Positions 26,079 through 39,515 of a stretch of 44,575 bases of DNA are shown one piece after another. The stretch spans positions 1 to 44,575 of the forward strand of contig JASVEC010000129.1 of assembly GCA_030770535.1 (NCBI GenBank). Direction: 5' to 3'. Positions within the stretch are counted from its first letter, which is position 1, and every line of letters starts with the position of its first letter. The DNA comes from Batkoa obscura (taxonomy: Eukaryota). A program made the position numbers and the translations under genes. The notes under the pieces were generated by a model that saw only the letters and a program-made list of their open reading frames with translations, was not told where the DNA came from and did no database searches.

Positions 26079-26177
26079 GGGGATGTTTTTTTTGGCTTTA
26101 TTACTTTTTCCATTTTTTAAGCGCTATTTGAGTGGAAAAATTGTTAATAAAGTTGTTAAACATAAAAATACATCCCC
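26079..26177. mobile_element. MITE copy
   Basis: GGGGATGT...ACATCCCC with ATAT TSD; a half-copy also ends at 26341. Confidence 0.92.
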
Positions 26178-27998
26178 ATATAAATTTCGATATTTAAACT
26201 TAGATATAAATTTGTATTTTTATATATTTATTTGTAATACTATAACTTCAGTTATAGTTAATAACTTTGATCATAAAATGATAGTATTTAAAAATATTAT
26301 TAAATTATTAGTGAAATTCTTAAACACAAAAGTACATCCCCAAATAATAGTTTTTTCTGATTTAATTTAATTTAATTTAATTTATGTAATAGTAAATTAA
26401 ATATAAGTAGTATAAAACTAATACATATTTTTTTACTTAAAAGACATTTGTATTTTGCTGATTTGTCTATTTTTCATTAATTAAATCTAATTAATACTTT
26501 AACTCTTTAAGTACTAAGTATCTCAAAAAATTATAGTTGATTATTAAATGGTTTACCTGCTTAGGGTTGATTCAAGAAGCATTGCTCATTATGGTTCTCT
26601 TAAAGTCATATGCAAGTTATGTTCACTAAATTTTTCTAAAGCAAAATTATGACAAACATTACTTGTCTATGGTGCTTAAATAGTTAATTTGATTATAAAA
26701 CTTAATAGAATTTCTGCAAAAAATCAAAACAAGATTAAATTTAGGTTCAAACTAACTCACTCATATTAAAGTATTTTAATGTAATTTTATATTCAAATTT
26801 AAGTCACTATGTTCTAAAACAAGTTTAAACCTTATATGTTGTTCTAGATACTTAAAAGTGAGAATATTTAATTAAATAGTGTTCTAGACTTCAAAGTTAT
26901 GATTTTAAATAAAATTTTAATATTTTATATTACACAATTTTTATACATAATGGCTTTTTATAAAAAGAGGTGGCTATAATAATAGATCGGCTACTTAAAT
27001 ACTTACTTAAATACTTACTTAAATATCTACCTTGATAAATGTTTAAAGCAATATAAGTTTTCCTAAATATTGCTTACAAAATATAAATGACATAAGGATT
27101 GGTAGCGGATATTTAGTTGTAAGAATACGGTGTGACTAAAATATCTTGATTGACTTATTCACTTTTTGGCCCTAATATAAAGAAAATACGTAATAAATAT
27201 TGATGGTTACTTTATAAATAAAATACTATTAAGCAGAAATGGCAACTAATAAAGAAGTGATAAATTAAAGTTTATCGGTTTTAACTTATAAACCAATAAC
27301 AAAGCAACTTTATGTTGTTAACATGATGTTATTATAGCATATAATAACTATTGTTTATGATGGAGTATGTATTTGTTTTTAGTTCGAATTTTAGTTTTAC
27401 CCCTTAAAATTAAATCTAAAACTTGCTATTTTTGGGTTTAAGCAAACAGCAATTTAAATCCAGTTTATTATTAAAAATTTAAATTAGTAATTAAATATAT
27501 CACAGCTATTGATATCCCGAAGTTCTTATTAAATTCATATACCTCGGGTAAACAAATCTAATTCAATTACATTTTAATATTTTAAACCTACACAAAGTCA
27601 TTTCAAGGATATTAGCCAATTAGCCTAATATTAGCTGTTACATTATAGTATAAAGGCTTAAATTACATTATAAATTTAACAATATAGCCTCATCCATTTT
27701 TCCAAATTAAATCAATCTTCCCATCAGTATATAAGCTGATGCATTTTCATATTAAATAAATTATATCATATTTCAATTCTATCTAATTTTATACTCTTCT
27801 TATCAACTCGGAACTTAAATATTGATGTTTTCAGGTGGAATACCTGGTGATTTGACAATATTAAAAATTAGTATACAAAATAAAAACCAAAATTGTTAGT
27901 TTTTTTAAAATTCTTACCATTAAATTATAAAAACATTACATATAGAGTGCTTTCAAAAAGTATAAAAAGAAACCAAATAAAAGTTAAAATGAAAAAAA

Positions 27999-29928
27999 AT
28001 GTTTACTATAATCTCAGTATTAAGCTGTAGTTTGATATTATTTTTATTTTATTATGTTTATAAGGTATTGTTTTCAATTTTATTTCATTGACTCTAATAT
28101 AGTTTATAAAGGTGATATACAATTTATACATCAATCCTTTAAAAGAAGTCCCTGGCCCGCTAATAAATATAATACTCCCATTTATAGACAGCATTTATTT
28201 AATAAGCGGTACGTTTCCTACTTACTGTCTAGACATGCATAAAAAATATGGAAACGCTGTAAGATTAGGTAAGGAAATAAAGTTAAAATAGCATAATATG
28301 CTAATATTACTATAAACTAGGTTGGAATAAAGTTTCATTCGCATCGGAATCAGCATCTAATGAAATATATTCAACTTATAGTTATCAAAAAGATAAGAGT
28401 TATGACGTTTATCTTATATTTGGAGAAAGCATTTTCAGTACACGGTAAGTAACAATAAAATCCCAGAATACAAGTATTAACGATATTATTAGAAGGAAAG
28501 ATTTTCATCGTCAAAGAGTAATTTTTAAATAGTTGAAAGAGTAACTAATAAAATATAGAAAAGAATACTCGCTCCTTGTTTTTCGGAAAAAGCAATAGAA
28601 AGTGTAGAATATCTTGTTAAGAAGAATGTGGATATGCTTATAAACAAAGTTAATGAGTTTGCAACTCAAAACAAAAAATTGGACCTTGCACTTTATTTTC
28701 ACTATATTGCTTTTGTAACCCATTTAAAATGTAATATAAGCTATGCTAATATATATAATAGGATGTGATTGGAGATTTGGTATTTGGAAACTCGTTTGAT
28801 ATGTTAAAAAATGGGTACCATCCAATAATAAAGTGGATAGGGGATATAGGTACAATAAGCACTTTGGTATTATAGTAGTTTCTATTTAAATGTGATACTT
28901 ATAAAGTAATAGGTATTCATGTTTCCTTTTTTGATGCATTACCAATTCAGTGGAGTTAAAAATCTATACAACGTATTGTATAATAATTATGCTTTAAACA
29001 TTATTTAATTAAAATTTAGTTTTCTTACGAAGCAATTAAGAACGCCAAAAACAACCTCGACAGAGCTACTATTTTAAATACTTTAATCAAGGCAGAGGAT
29101 CCAAGTGATGGCAAAAAACTAAATGAGAAAGAGATTGCCGAAGAATTGATTGTACAACTGTAAGCATATATACTATATTTATTTATAAAAATAAACTGGG
29201 TTTATAGTAGCGCAGGAACAGATACTACTTCATGTTCCCTTGCATGGTAACCAAAAGTTATTATTAACCTTTAAACATTATTTAATACAAGTAGGATATT
29301 TTATTTATTGTCAAGTCAACCAGATAGATATGAGAAAGTTAGGGAAGAAATTTGTACAGTATTCCCTGATAAAGATTTAATTACTTACAATAAATGTAAA
29401 TCTGAATGTCATTACCTTAATGCAGTGATTCACGAAGGATTAAGAATGATACCAGTAGTTGGTGGCAATGCACCAAGATTAGTACCTAAAGGAGGGAGAG
29501 TAATAGATGGTTATTTCATACCAGAAGGGGTAATTAAACAACATTTTAAAATCAAAATTATAATTGTTTTTAGGTAGTTGTTGGTGTAAGCATGAATTCT
29601 ATACATAATTTGCCATCGAATTGGAAGGATCCAAGCCATTTTAACGCCAAAAGATGGCTAAAAAATGGAAAATTCCAAAGTAATCCAAATTTTATGCCAT
29701 TTTTATTAGGACCCAGAGGATGTGTTGGTAGGACGTAAGTTTAATTAGAAATGTTGTAAGTAGTACCTAATTTTTATTAGTTTGGCTTGGATGGAATTAT
29801 ATTTAGTTACTGCAAATTTAGTACGAAATTTTACTTTTGAAAGAGAAAATGAAAAAGTAATTCGCTATAAGAATTTCATTACTACACAGCCTATTGAACC
29901 TATCAATGTTTACGTTACAAAAAATTAA
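27999..29928 (+). CDS. Cytochrome P450 (P450-4), 12 exons, more divergent paralog
   Basis: MFTIISVLSC..., PLKEVPGP, AGTDTT, EGLR, AKRW in place of PERW, and FLLGPRGCVG. Intron positions match the other paralogs. Confidence 0.92.
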
Positions 29929-30106
29929 ATTACAACTAAATTTGCTAATCTGCTTGAACATGCGTTTCAAATATTAAACTATAAACTGCTTAGTAAATAA
30001 ATACTTTAGAATGTGATTATTTATCCTTAGAATTTTATTAAGTATAAAAATGAGATAAAAAACTATCTTTTGAAATAACATAACAAATATTTTACAAATT
30101 GAAAAA

Positions 30107-30756
30107 ATGTTGAAGTACATATAATACTATATTATTAGAGTTAAATTAATGATTTAGCTTATATTCCATTCAAAACGAAAAGACTCTTTTAAGTGTTTTA
30201 GAATCAAATGAAAACAATTTGATTAGGTTATATAATGACTTTGTTCAGTTATCGTTACAAGAAAAGAAAGGAGAAGTAGATGTATTAATAAAAAAAAGTA
30301 ATATTAATTAAATTATAAACTAAACTCTAAATAGTTTAGTTGCAGCAATCATCACATCTAAATTGATTGCAGTATTACCTATTGTATATCAAAAGATAAA
30401 TGGTGAACAGTATAATGAACTCGTCCTCAAGTATTTGACTTTTAAAGATAACATCTACAAATTAATTAAAGATACAACTAGCTCTGAATTCCATAAAGTT
30501 GAAGATTATATTAAGGCAATAATTTAATACATTAAATAATAATTAACATTAATTTTTTAAGGATTATTTTTCAATAGTTAGAATAGAAAAACGTTTGATT
30601 ATGGGGTTATCTTTATTACTTAGTCCTGAAGAAATGAATAGAATTATTGAATACTTTATTTACATGAGAGACAATGTCCCCTTACAGTAAATTTCATTTA
30701 TATATGATTGTAATAAATACAAATATAAAATTGATAGATTACATCCCCTAATTTAA
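30107..30756 (+). CDS. 155-aa hemerythrin/HHE-like protein, 5 exons, apparently lacking the iron-binding His/Glu ligands
   Basis: TATAAAAA near 30043. Exons 30107-30114, 30158-30297, 30340-30515, 30562-30686 and 30738-30756 join into a stop-free 468-nt CDS. Introns are 42-51 nt and the third is GC-AG. The C-terminus LSPEEMNRIIEYFIYMRDNVPLQLHP resembles the fungal HHE-family end (LS.EE......F...K...PTR.HP). Confidence 0.7.
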
Positions 30757-30985
30757 GAATTGATTAACTGTAATACTCCTTTGTAATACTTATACTAAAT
30801 AAAGTGTTTTAATAGCTAGCTATATTTTTAAATTGAAATATGGTATTAAGTTGTTTTGATACTTTTTATGATAAACTTGTTTTATTTATGAAGATAGTTC
30901 CACGGATGGTAAGTTATTCCATAATACTGCATGAAGCCTTTAATAAGATGCTATTCATAAAGGATACTTCAATTAAAACACTAAA

Positions 30986-32933
30986 TTAGTGTTGAAATGC
31001 AGACATATTTATAGGTTTTTCTGGGATGGTAACAACGTGCAATTTCGATTTTACGTCACTTTCGTCTTTTAGCTTAAAACTAAAATTTCTGACTAATGAA
31101 GCAGTAGCTAAATAAAGTTCCATCCAAGCCAAGCTAAAAAAACAATAAATTAGATATGAATAGCTATATAATAATATTATACTACCTTCTACCCAAGCAT
31201 GCTCTTGGACCAATCGAAAATGGCATAAAATATCTATGAGGTTTGAAGCTACCATATTCGTCAACCCATCTTCCTGGATTAAATACATGGGGGTCCTTCC
31301 AATAATTAGGATTATTGTGAAGAGCTATTACACTAATTGAAACAATAGTCTATAACAAATTAAAAAACATGTTCAATCAAATGCTATACAAATTACATTT
31401 TCAGGGATAAAATAGCCCTCTATTACTTTGCCGCCTTTTTGAACGGCTCTTGGCATATTTCCAGAAATTGCTGGTAAAATTCTCATACTTTCATAGATAA
31501 CTGCTTTAAGGTAAACACATTCTTTACATCTACTATAAGTAATCGATCCTTCATCTGGGAAATTTTTAAACAACTCCATCTTTAATTTGCTGTAAACTTC
31601 AGGATGTTTTGATAGAAGATAGAAAGTCCTAATTAGTTAATTAAATCAAATGAATTAAATATAACTAATAATAAAGGTACCAGGTTAATGAATTCGAGGT
31701 TGTATCTGACCCAGCAACACTACAAATTAATTAGGATATAATAATAGTATAGTTAAATTATTACAGTTGAATAATAGATTCTTCAACAATTTCCTTTTCA
31801 CTAAGCTTCTTTCCAGTATCCGGATCAGAGGCGTTAATTAAAGTACTTAAAATTGTAACTCTATCTGAATGCTCTTTAACGTTTTTTACAGCTTCATAGG
31901 AAAACTAAAAAAGTCATAATTAGTTTAGAGAGTATTGATAATTTATATCTCACTTTATAGAGTTTAGTTACACTTTCAAACGCATAATTTTTTAAAACTG
32001 GAAGTATTCCAACCTTAAATATTAATTGATATTTTAAAAGTAAAGCATAAGATAATTACCAAAACAACTATGCGGAAATAATCTTTTATCCATCCAATAA
32101 CTGGGTGATATCCATTTTTTATCATGTCGAAAGATTTGCCATATGCCAAATCTCCGATCACGTCCTAATAATATATGGGTTGGTATTGGGTGATAATAAT
32201 TAATTTTATTCTTACAAATGAAAAATAATGAAACAATAAACCAAAATCAAAGTTTTTTTCTTCTGAAGCCATTTCTCTAACTTTGTTCACTAAGTTATCA
32301 ACATTTTCTTTTACTAAATATTCTACGCTTGCTATAGTTTTATCTGAAAAACTAGCAGCCAGTATTTTTTTCTAAATGGTTATGTTCAATATAGTATATA
32401 TTACTTTCTAAACTTTTTACCCTTTGGCGATGAAAGTCCTTGTTACTAAATGATTTGTCAATAGTTCCTTATATTATGTAAAATTTAAAGTACGTTGTGC
32501 TAAGGATAGTTTCCCCGGTAATGTGGAAACCGTAGTAGAAGGTGCTTTTTGGGAGCGCATAAGTAGAATATAACTCTTTTGTAACTTCGTCAGATGAAAA
32601 TGTAATACTATTTGCACCTAATAAACATATTATTTTTAATTTAAATTATTAGTTGTTTCTTTACTTAGTCGCACAACTTCACCATATTTTTCGTGGAGCC
32701 CCTTTATATATGTGTGCATGGTTCCATTATAAGCGTATATCCTGTGGAAATTAGGAATGATTTGAGATATTAATGGACCCGGTATCTTTCTTAAAGGACT
32801 AAAGAATATATTGTATATCGCCTAGACAAGGTTTGTTATTTATAAAGTTAGTAAATAAAATCAATACATTGTAAATCCAGTAAACTAAAGCAGTTATTAT
32901 AGTATAAACTATAATTGTACTCAAATTCAACAT
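30986..32933 (-). CDS. Cytochrome P450 (P450-5), 12 exons
   Basis: MLNLSTIIVY..., PLRKIPGP, AGSDTT, ESMR, PGRW and [10 protein letters not shown]. Intron positions are shared with the other paralogs. Confidence 0.92.
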
Positions 32934-35334
32934 TTTGAGAAATAATTTTGATTTCTGATTTCTGCTTTTAGATGTAATTTATACCTTTATTTTATTTCAA
33001 AGATTTCTTAAGTCGATTTATATATAGTTAACTTAATTTGAGTAATATATTGACTTTTAGTTAAATATTTTGTTATTACTAGAAACAAAAAGCACGGGAT
33101 TTTAAGGAGCTTTCAAGATTAGCGTATTTATTCTATAACCTTGTTGCTTCGAATGATGCAGGCTTTTTTCATAAAAACATCTGTTCTTCATAAGCCATAA
33201 TATTCGTAAAAAAAATAGGATAAAAAGTTATCCAAGCTCAAAAAAGAGGTATCAGAGCACCTTTAGAGACTTGTATTATTTAAAAACATATCCATCAGAG
33301 TTTTTAATATCATCTCAGACACAAACACAACTTATAATATGGAATTCTAACCTTATATTACAGGGGCAGAATATTCTCATATCAGGTTTATTGGCTATAA
33401 AGCTTTATTTTTCATTGGTTTTTGTTTCTCTGATAAACTTATATCTTGTTTCATAGAACTTGAAACAAAGTTAGTGCGGGAAAATTTATCCTCCAATAGT
33501 TAAATTATTAGCCTATGCAACAGAGTAAGATACATTATGAAATATAACATCAAAAGAGTGTCGATGGGATATTTGCATATCTGGCCTTTTTATATTACAT
33601 AAAAAACCTGATACTCGACCTTCCATTAAACTATTTTGACCTCATTCTTTAGAGCGATACTTTCATGTTTATTGAGGAAAATTCTTTTAGATGTTACAAA
33701 TAAGGAAATAAAGTATTAAAATTAAAGGCAATTCTAGCTTTATATTTAAGGGTGGGATACTGTTGTTGAAGAAAAGTGTTTGAATTTATAGTATTTAGGG
33801 TAGAAGTCTTTATACTTTCGAGGTGACTAAATACATTCGCATGGATCGTCATAGGGGAAATTCTAACGTTATAATCAATACAACTTTTCTAAAGTTCAGA
33901 GTACTAATGCCTTAAGCCATTATCATTAGGACTTTTAGTACAATTCATGGTTATGAATTTTTGATTTTAACAGAATTTGGTAGATTACCAAGTCTGGAAA
34001 TTAGCTAATTTCAAAATTCAGCCTAAACTTTTGCTGTTTGTTTAGTGCGAAGATTATCATGTTCACTTAATTCGTCTCCATAAATACTGTTCTAAAATTA
34101 ATGTCTGATGTGAATGTGTTAAATACCCTTTGACTATTAAACTGAGCGCTGCTTTTAAAGTTACAAACGTGGAAATTAAAAATACTTGATAAGGAAAAAT
34201 GTTCACATATAAACAACAAGGTATTAGGTTACTAGCTAAAATGATGACATTTTTACTAGCATAAATAAAATACTACAAGGCAATTAAAGTGATTAATGAA
34301 ATATCAAGTTGAACATACCTAGAACCCAAACGCAAACTCTGTATAAAGTAAATTTCAGATTTTAAATTAATTGTAATAAATAAACTAACTAAATATCCTC
34401 GTTTTAAAAAATATACTTACTTTGTATAATAAAATGCCACAAAAAAACCTTTGCAATAACTGTTTGACTTTTGTGAGCCAGCATCTTACCACTTACAAAC
34501 CATGATTGAATGTTCATATCAAAGGACAGATACATATTCTTAATGTAAAAAGCTGCTATCCTTAGGCATACTCCTCGTTGAAATGCTTATGTATTTGAAT
34601 TTCCTTGGAGTAAGGTTAAATTAACCGGCAACATAACGGGAAAAAAACTTCGCCCTTATAACTTTCATTTACTTTCATCAACGTTAACCTTGTTCATAGT
34701 TGTTAATAATTACTCAAGGCTATACGAGTCACTTGGTGAATAATAATAAATTACTGAAAGGGGAAACAACACCAAAATGTACTAAACTAATATTCTGAAT
34801 TGAAAAGTATACCTTAAAATATAAAAGATTAAGTTACCTGAGAGATACTAGTGATTGAGTCTAGGCTACTTCAAATCAAAACAGAAATGTAGATCATGTG
34901 CACAATTTTCTGTTTGGATTACTCAGTCACTAGTTAAATATATACACATTATATTTATAATCTTAACTATCAAGTGTTTTCAATTTTTCAGCTATTGGGT
35001 GTTTGGGCTCATAGTAAGCAGTCTAAAAAGGCAGGCCATACTACTCGATTATGATATAAATATTACTTATGACTTCTTAATTGAGTATATAGCAGGGGTA
35101 TTCAATGATCCTAAATTTTAGCAGTAGAAATAAGTAATGTAATTAACTTACCGAAAGAAAAATCACATATTTAGATGATAATAATAAAAGAAGCTTTGGA
35201 ATAAATACTAAAAGCTAAATACTTAAACTTACATTTACCTATATAGCATTTACGAACAAGTATTTTAAAAATTGTAAGAAAATCAAACTAAAGATACAAT
35301 ATTTAAAATAAATAAATTTTTAATAAATAATAAA

Positions 35335-36216
35335 TTAGTAAGCATAGCCATATCCAATGTTACGAGCAAGATTAATATCAGCAGCAGCAGCAGCAGCAGC
35401 ACCAAGATTCAATCCTGATCCATAACCATTATTATTTAATCCTAATCCAACTTTAGCAGCAGCAGCAGCATCAACATCAACTAATCCAGTATTTACTTTA
35501 GCACCTAATCCTGCAGCTAATCCTACAGCTAATCCATTGTTATATGAGCCATAATCTCTTCTATAGTATTTACGACTACCACTAGTGAGTCCTAAACCTA
35601 AACCTAAATCAGCACCAAGACCAATATTAGCAATATGTGCAACATTTAAATTAGCATCGGCAACAGCTCCAGCATTAACTCCATTATTATTGATATTAGC
35701 AGCAGCAGCAGCTCCAGCATTTAATCCAATCAAGTTACCTACATTTAATCCAGTAACAGCACCAGCGGCAACATTAGTACCGGTATAGGAATTAGAAGTT
35801 AAACCTAAACCTGCTCCTAATCCTGCAACAATCCCGGTGTTAGTTGGACCATATCCATAGTCTCTTCTATAGTATTTACGACTACCACTAGTGAGTCCTA
35901 AACCTAAACCAGCACCAAGATCAACATTAACAATACGTGCAACATTTAAATTAGCATCAGCAACAGCTCCAGCATTAACTCCATTATTATTGATATTAGC
36001 AGCAGCAGCAGCTCCAGCATTTAATCCAATCAAGTTACCTACATTTAATCCAGTAACAGCACCAGCGGCAACATTAGTACCGGTATAGGAATTAGAAGTT
36101 AAACCTAAACCTGCTCCTAATCCTGCAACAATTCCAGTATTAGACGAACCATATCCATAATCAGAAGGAGCAGCAAGGATTGAAGCAATAAAGGTAGTTA
36201 AGTAAATAAATTTCAT
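35335..36216 (-). CDS. Secreted Gly/Ala/Asn/Leu-rich repeat precursor with predicted Kex2 sites (copy 1)
   Basis: Signal peptide MKFIYLTTFIASILA. Two ~100-aa repeats each end in SGSRKYYRR, followed by a diverged 73-aa third module. Strong A/T-ending codon usage. Confidence 0.9.
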   Translation of the reverse strand: MKFIYLTTFIASILAAPSDYGYGSSNTGIVAGLGAGLGLTSNSYTGTNVAAGAVTGLNVGNLIGLNAGAAAAANINNNGVNAGAVADANLNVARIVNVDLGAGLGLGLTSGSRKYYRRDYGYGPTNTGIVAGLGAGLGLTSNSYTGTNVAAGAVTGLNVGNLIGLNAGAAAAANINNNGVNAGAVADANLNVAHIANIGLGADLGLGLGLTSGSRKYYRRDYGSYNNGLAVGLAAGLGAKVNTGLVDVDAAAAAKVGLGLNNNGYGSGLNLGAAAAAAADINLARNIGYGYAY

Positions 36217-36639
36217 TGTTGAATATTAAAAGTATTAATTTTATAGTATTAAGTATTAAGTATTAGTTTTTATAATTAATTGTTATAAATTGTTATAATC
36301 TTTAAAGGTATGTTTTTGAGCCTTTTTATATCCTTTGATGTTAGGCTTAAGTTCTGAAAGCGTTTAATTACTCCTTAAATTCAATTTTTAGTATGCTTTG
36401 AATTATGCTACTTATATTTCAGTTTTTTAGTTAAAACTGTGTGTGTAGCTATAGTATTGAAAGAATATATTATAAAATTAACTATATTCGACTTGGAGGG
36501 GTATATTGGATATAAGCCATATATAACTATGGTGTGTGGTATTTGTATTAATAGTTGGTATGCATCAAAATTATCACGAAAAACAGTATAGCTTGAATAT
36601 AAAAAATAGTATATTCTAACAAGTTTGATAATAATATTT

Positions 36640-36738
36640 GGGGATGTATTTCTGTGTTTAAGAATCTTACTAATAAATTTTCCGCTTAAATAGCACTTAA
36701 AAAATGGAAAAAATAATGGAGTCAAAAAAAACACTCCC
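36640..36738. mobile_element. MITE copy
   Basis: GGGGATGT...ACACTCCC with ATTT TSD. Confidence 0.9.
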
Positions 36739-38060
36739 ATTTAGTCAATTTAAATTAACAAACAAAACACTAAAATAACAATGTGTATGTGAAATATGCT
36801 TATTTGTTGGTAGTTTTTTGAATACTATAAAATATACAATAGTATAGATACATGTGACAAAACAAAAGTTAAGATATTTATAACTAAATAGCTGAAATAA
36901 AAGTAGGGGGAAAGATTTTATCATTTAGTCTTTATATAAAACTAAATAATTAAGATTAAACAGCTAAAAATGGATTACTACATCAAAATTTTATATTCAA
37001 AATTTTATTGTTTTAGCTGTTAATTTAATAATCAATTTCACTTATCCCTATTAAATTAAATTTTACACACTTTTTACCTCAAATCCAGATTTTCATAATT
37101 TTCTAAATATAATAAAATTTACCTTAATCTATAGTCTAGTCTTAAATACAAGTGCAATATATTATATTTATGCACATGTTTTTCGTTAGTTTATTTTATA
37201 AATAATATTTAATCAATTCTATATAATTTAATCTATTATAAAAATATAGAGTGGAGAAACTATTTAACAATAAAATAACAAACTCAATATTTAATAAAAT
37301 ATCTAAAATTGCTTATCATCACTTAGATTATTCTTTGAACTTATTAAACATATTCCTGCCCCAATAATTTAAATTATTAATTGCCAAATATTATGTTTTA
37401 TCAGATAATAAATATTTGTTTAGAAGTATTAATTTTACAAATTAGAGTGCTTAAAATATTAAATGCTTTTCACCCCTTTACTTCAAAATTAAAAATTTGT
37501 AATCACACAGCTGCTTAAAACCATTTAAAGAGATTTTAAAATCTCATCTAACAAAACTCTTACTAATTCTGCATAATTATATAATAATTTTAGTTTAATT
37601 TATTCAGTGACAAAATGTTTCAACTAATTTTATGTTATTTATTTTGTGTTATAAGCCGAAGTAAAAATATATTCTTCACAACAAAAAATATATTAATACT
37701 CTTTTTATATATTAATAATCAAAACAACACAAATAATTAAACGTCCCACAACCACAACTTGACTTTATAATTAATAGAACCTCAATGTTTGATTTAAAAA
37801 CCAAAATTGGAATTGAAAACAAAACGTTTTTGACTAAATTTTCTCCACCCGATCAAAGCACCTTAATTCTAGAAAATAAAGTAGGGTGTTAAAAAAGCAT
37901 AGCATGCTTGAAACTATAGAAAACAATAATTATAGTTAGCTAGTCTTAGCTAAAAAATCAAATTGATTAGCAATTGACTTGAAGATGGGGATAATAAAGA
38001 CCCCTTAAATGAAGCATTATACTCAATACTCAAAAACTAAAACTTAAGCTTAACATCAAA

Positions 38061-38072
38061 GGATATAAAAAG
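38061..38072 (+). promoter_or_regulatory. TATA box of the repeat-precursor gene
   Basis: GGATATAAAAAG, mirrored in the left copy and echoed as GGATATAAAAG upstream of ORF 40805. Confidence 0.65.
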
Positions 38073-38177
38073 GCTCAAAAACATACCTTTAAAGATTATA
38101 ACAATTTATAACAATTAATTATAAAAACTAATACTTAATACTTAATACTATAAAATTAATACTTTTAATATTCAACA

Positions 38178-39059
38178 ATGAAATTTATTTACTTAACTAC
38201 CTTTATTGCTTCAATCCTTGCTGCTCCTTCTGATTATGGATATGGTTCGTCTAATACTGGAATTGTTGCAGGATTAGGAGCAGGTTTAGGTTTAACTTCT
38301 AATTCCTATACCGGTACTAATGTTGCCGCTGGTGCTGTTACTGGATTAAATGTAGGTAACTTGATTGGATTAAATGCTGGAGCTGCTGCTGCTGCTAATA
38401 TCAATAATAATGGAGTTAATGCTGGAGCTGTTGCTGATGCTAATTTAAATGTTGCACGTATTGTTAATGTTGATCTTGGTGCTGGTTTAGGTTTAGGACT
38501 CACTAGTGGTAGTCGTAAATACTATAGAAGAGACTATGGATATGGTCCAACTAACACCGGGATTGTTGCAGGATTAGGAGCAGGTTTAGGTTTAACTTCT
38601 AATTCCTATACCGGTACTAATGTTGCCGCTGGTGCTGTTACTGGATTAAATGTAGGTAACTTGATTGGATTAAATGCTGGAGCTGCTGCTGCTGCTAATA
38701 TCAATAATAATGGAGTTAATGCTGGAGCTGTTGCCGATGCTAATTTAAATGTTGCACATATTGCTAATATTGGTCTTGGTGCTGATTTAGGTTTAGGTTT
38801 AGGACTCACTAGTGGTAGTCGTAAATACTATAGAAGAGATTATGGCTCATATAACAATGGATTAGCTGTAGGATTAGCTGCAGGATTAGGTGCTAAAGTA
38901 AATACTGGATTAGTTGATGTTGATGCTGCTGCTGCTGCTAAAGTTGGATTAGGATTAAATAATAATGGTTATGGATCAGGATTGAATCTTGGTGCTGCTG
39001 CTGCTGCTGCTGCTGATATTAATCTTGCTCGTAACATTGGATATGGCTATGCTTACTAA
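38178..39059 (+). CDS. Secreted repeat precursor with predicted Kex2 sites (copy 2, identical protein)
   Basis: Modules start at 38232, 38532 and 38838 (300-nt and 306-nt units), each beginning DYG. Confidence 0.9.
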   Translation: MKFIYLTTFIASILAAPSDYGYGSSNTGIVAGLGAGLGLTSNSYTGTNVAAGAVTGLNVGNLIGLNAGAAAAANINNNGVNAGAVADANLNVARIVNVDLGAGLGLGLTSGSRKYYRRDYGYGPTNTGIVAGLGAGLGLTSNSYTGTNVAAGAVTGLNVGNLIGLNAGAAAAANINNNGVNAGAVADANLNVAHIANIGLGADLGLGLGLTSGSRKYYRRDYGSYNNGLAVGLAAGLGAKVNTGLVDVDAAAAAKVGLGLNNNGYGSGLNLGAAAAAAADINLARNIGYGYAY

Positions 39060-39323
39060 TTTATTATTTATTAAAAATTTATTTATTTTAAATATTGTAT
39101 CTTTAGTTTGATTTTCTTACAATTTTTAAAATACTTGTTCGTAAATGCTATATAGGTAAATGTAAGTTTAAGCATTTAGCTTTTGCTATGTTAAAAAAAA
39201 GGCTTTTTTATCTGTTACTTAAATATTAGTGTAAGTTGTGATAACTATACTTGCAAACATTAAATGTTTTAAGATGCAATGCTATAGTTTAATTATTTTG
39301 ATTCTGCTTTTTACAAACAATAT

Positions 39324-39419
39324 AGGAGTGTCTTCTTTTTGTATAAAAATCATATTACTAATTTTTTCACTTAACATCGCTTAAGAGATAAAAAATAAAA
39401 GAAACCAAAAAATACTCAC
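39324..39419. mobile_element. Degraded MITE copy
   Basis: AGGAGTGT...ATACTCAC with ATAT flanks and internal similarity to the family. Confidence 0.7.
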
Positions 39420-39515
39420 ATATTTTTTATTTCAACTTTCAATAAATTTTCATTATGTTTTCTATCATCAAATTCATTTGTAGTATATATAGTTTATTTG
39501 TTACTTTTAATATAT

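Larger units (their letters stand above)
35210..39184. repeat. 1144-bp inverted duplication (35210-36353 / 38041-39184), 1687-bp spacer
   Basis: The encoded proteins are identical. Only two mismatches were seen by eye, both near the arm edges. Confidence 0.95.

Noticed and set aside
28006..28723. Short ORFs 28006, 28054 and 28511
   Set aside because: Off-frame or antisense overlaps of P450-4 exons and introns.
33100..35150. ORFs 33271 and 34855 and surrounding moderately GC-richer DNA
   Set aside because: Non-ATG starts, no motifs, and no consistent exon chain found.
35585..36088. MSPKPKP... ORFs (also 38306, 38606)
   Set aside because: Antisense frames of the Gly/Ala repeat gene.
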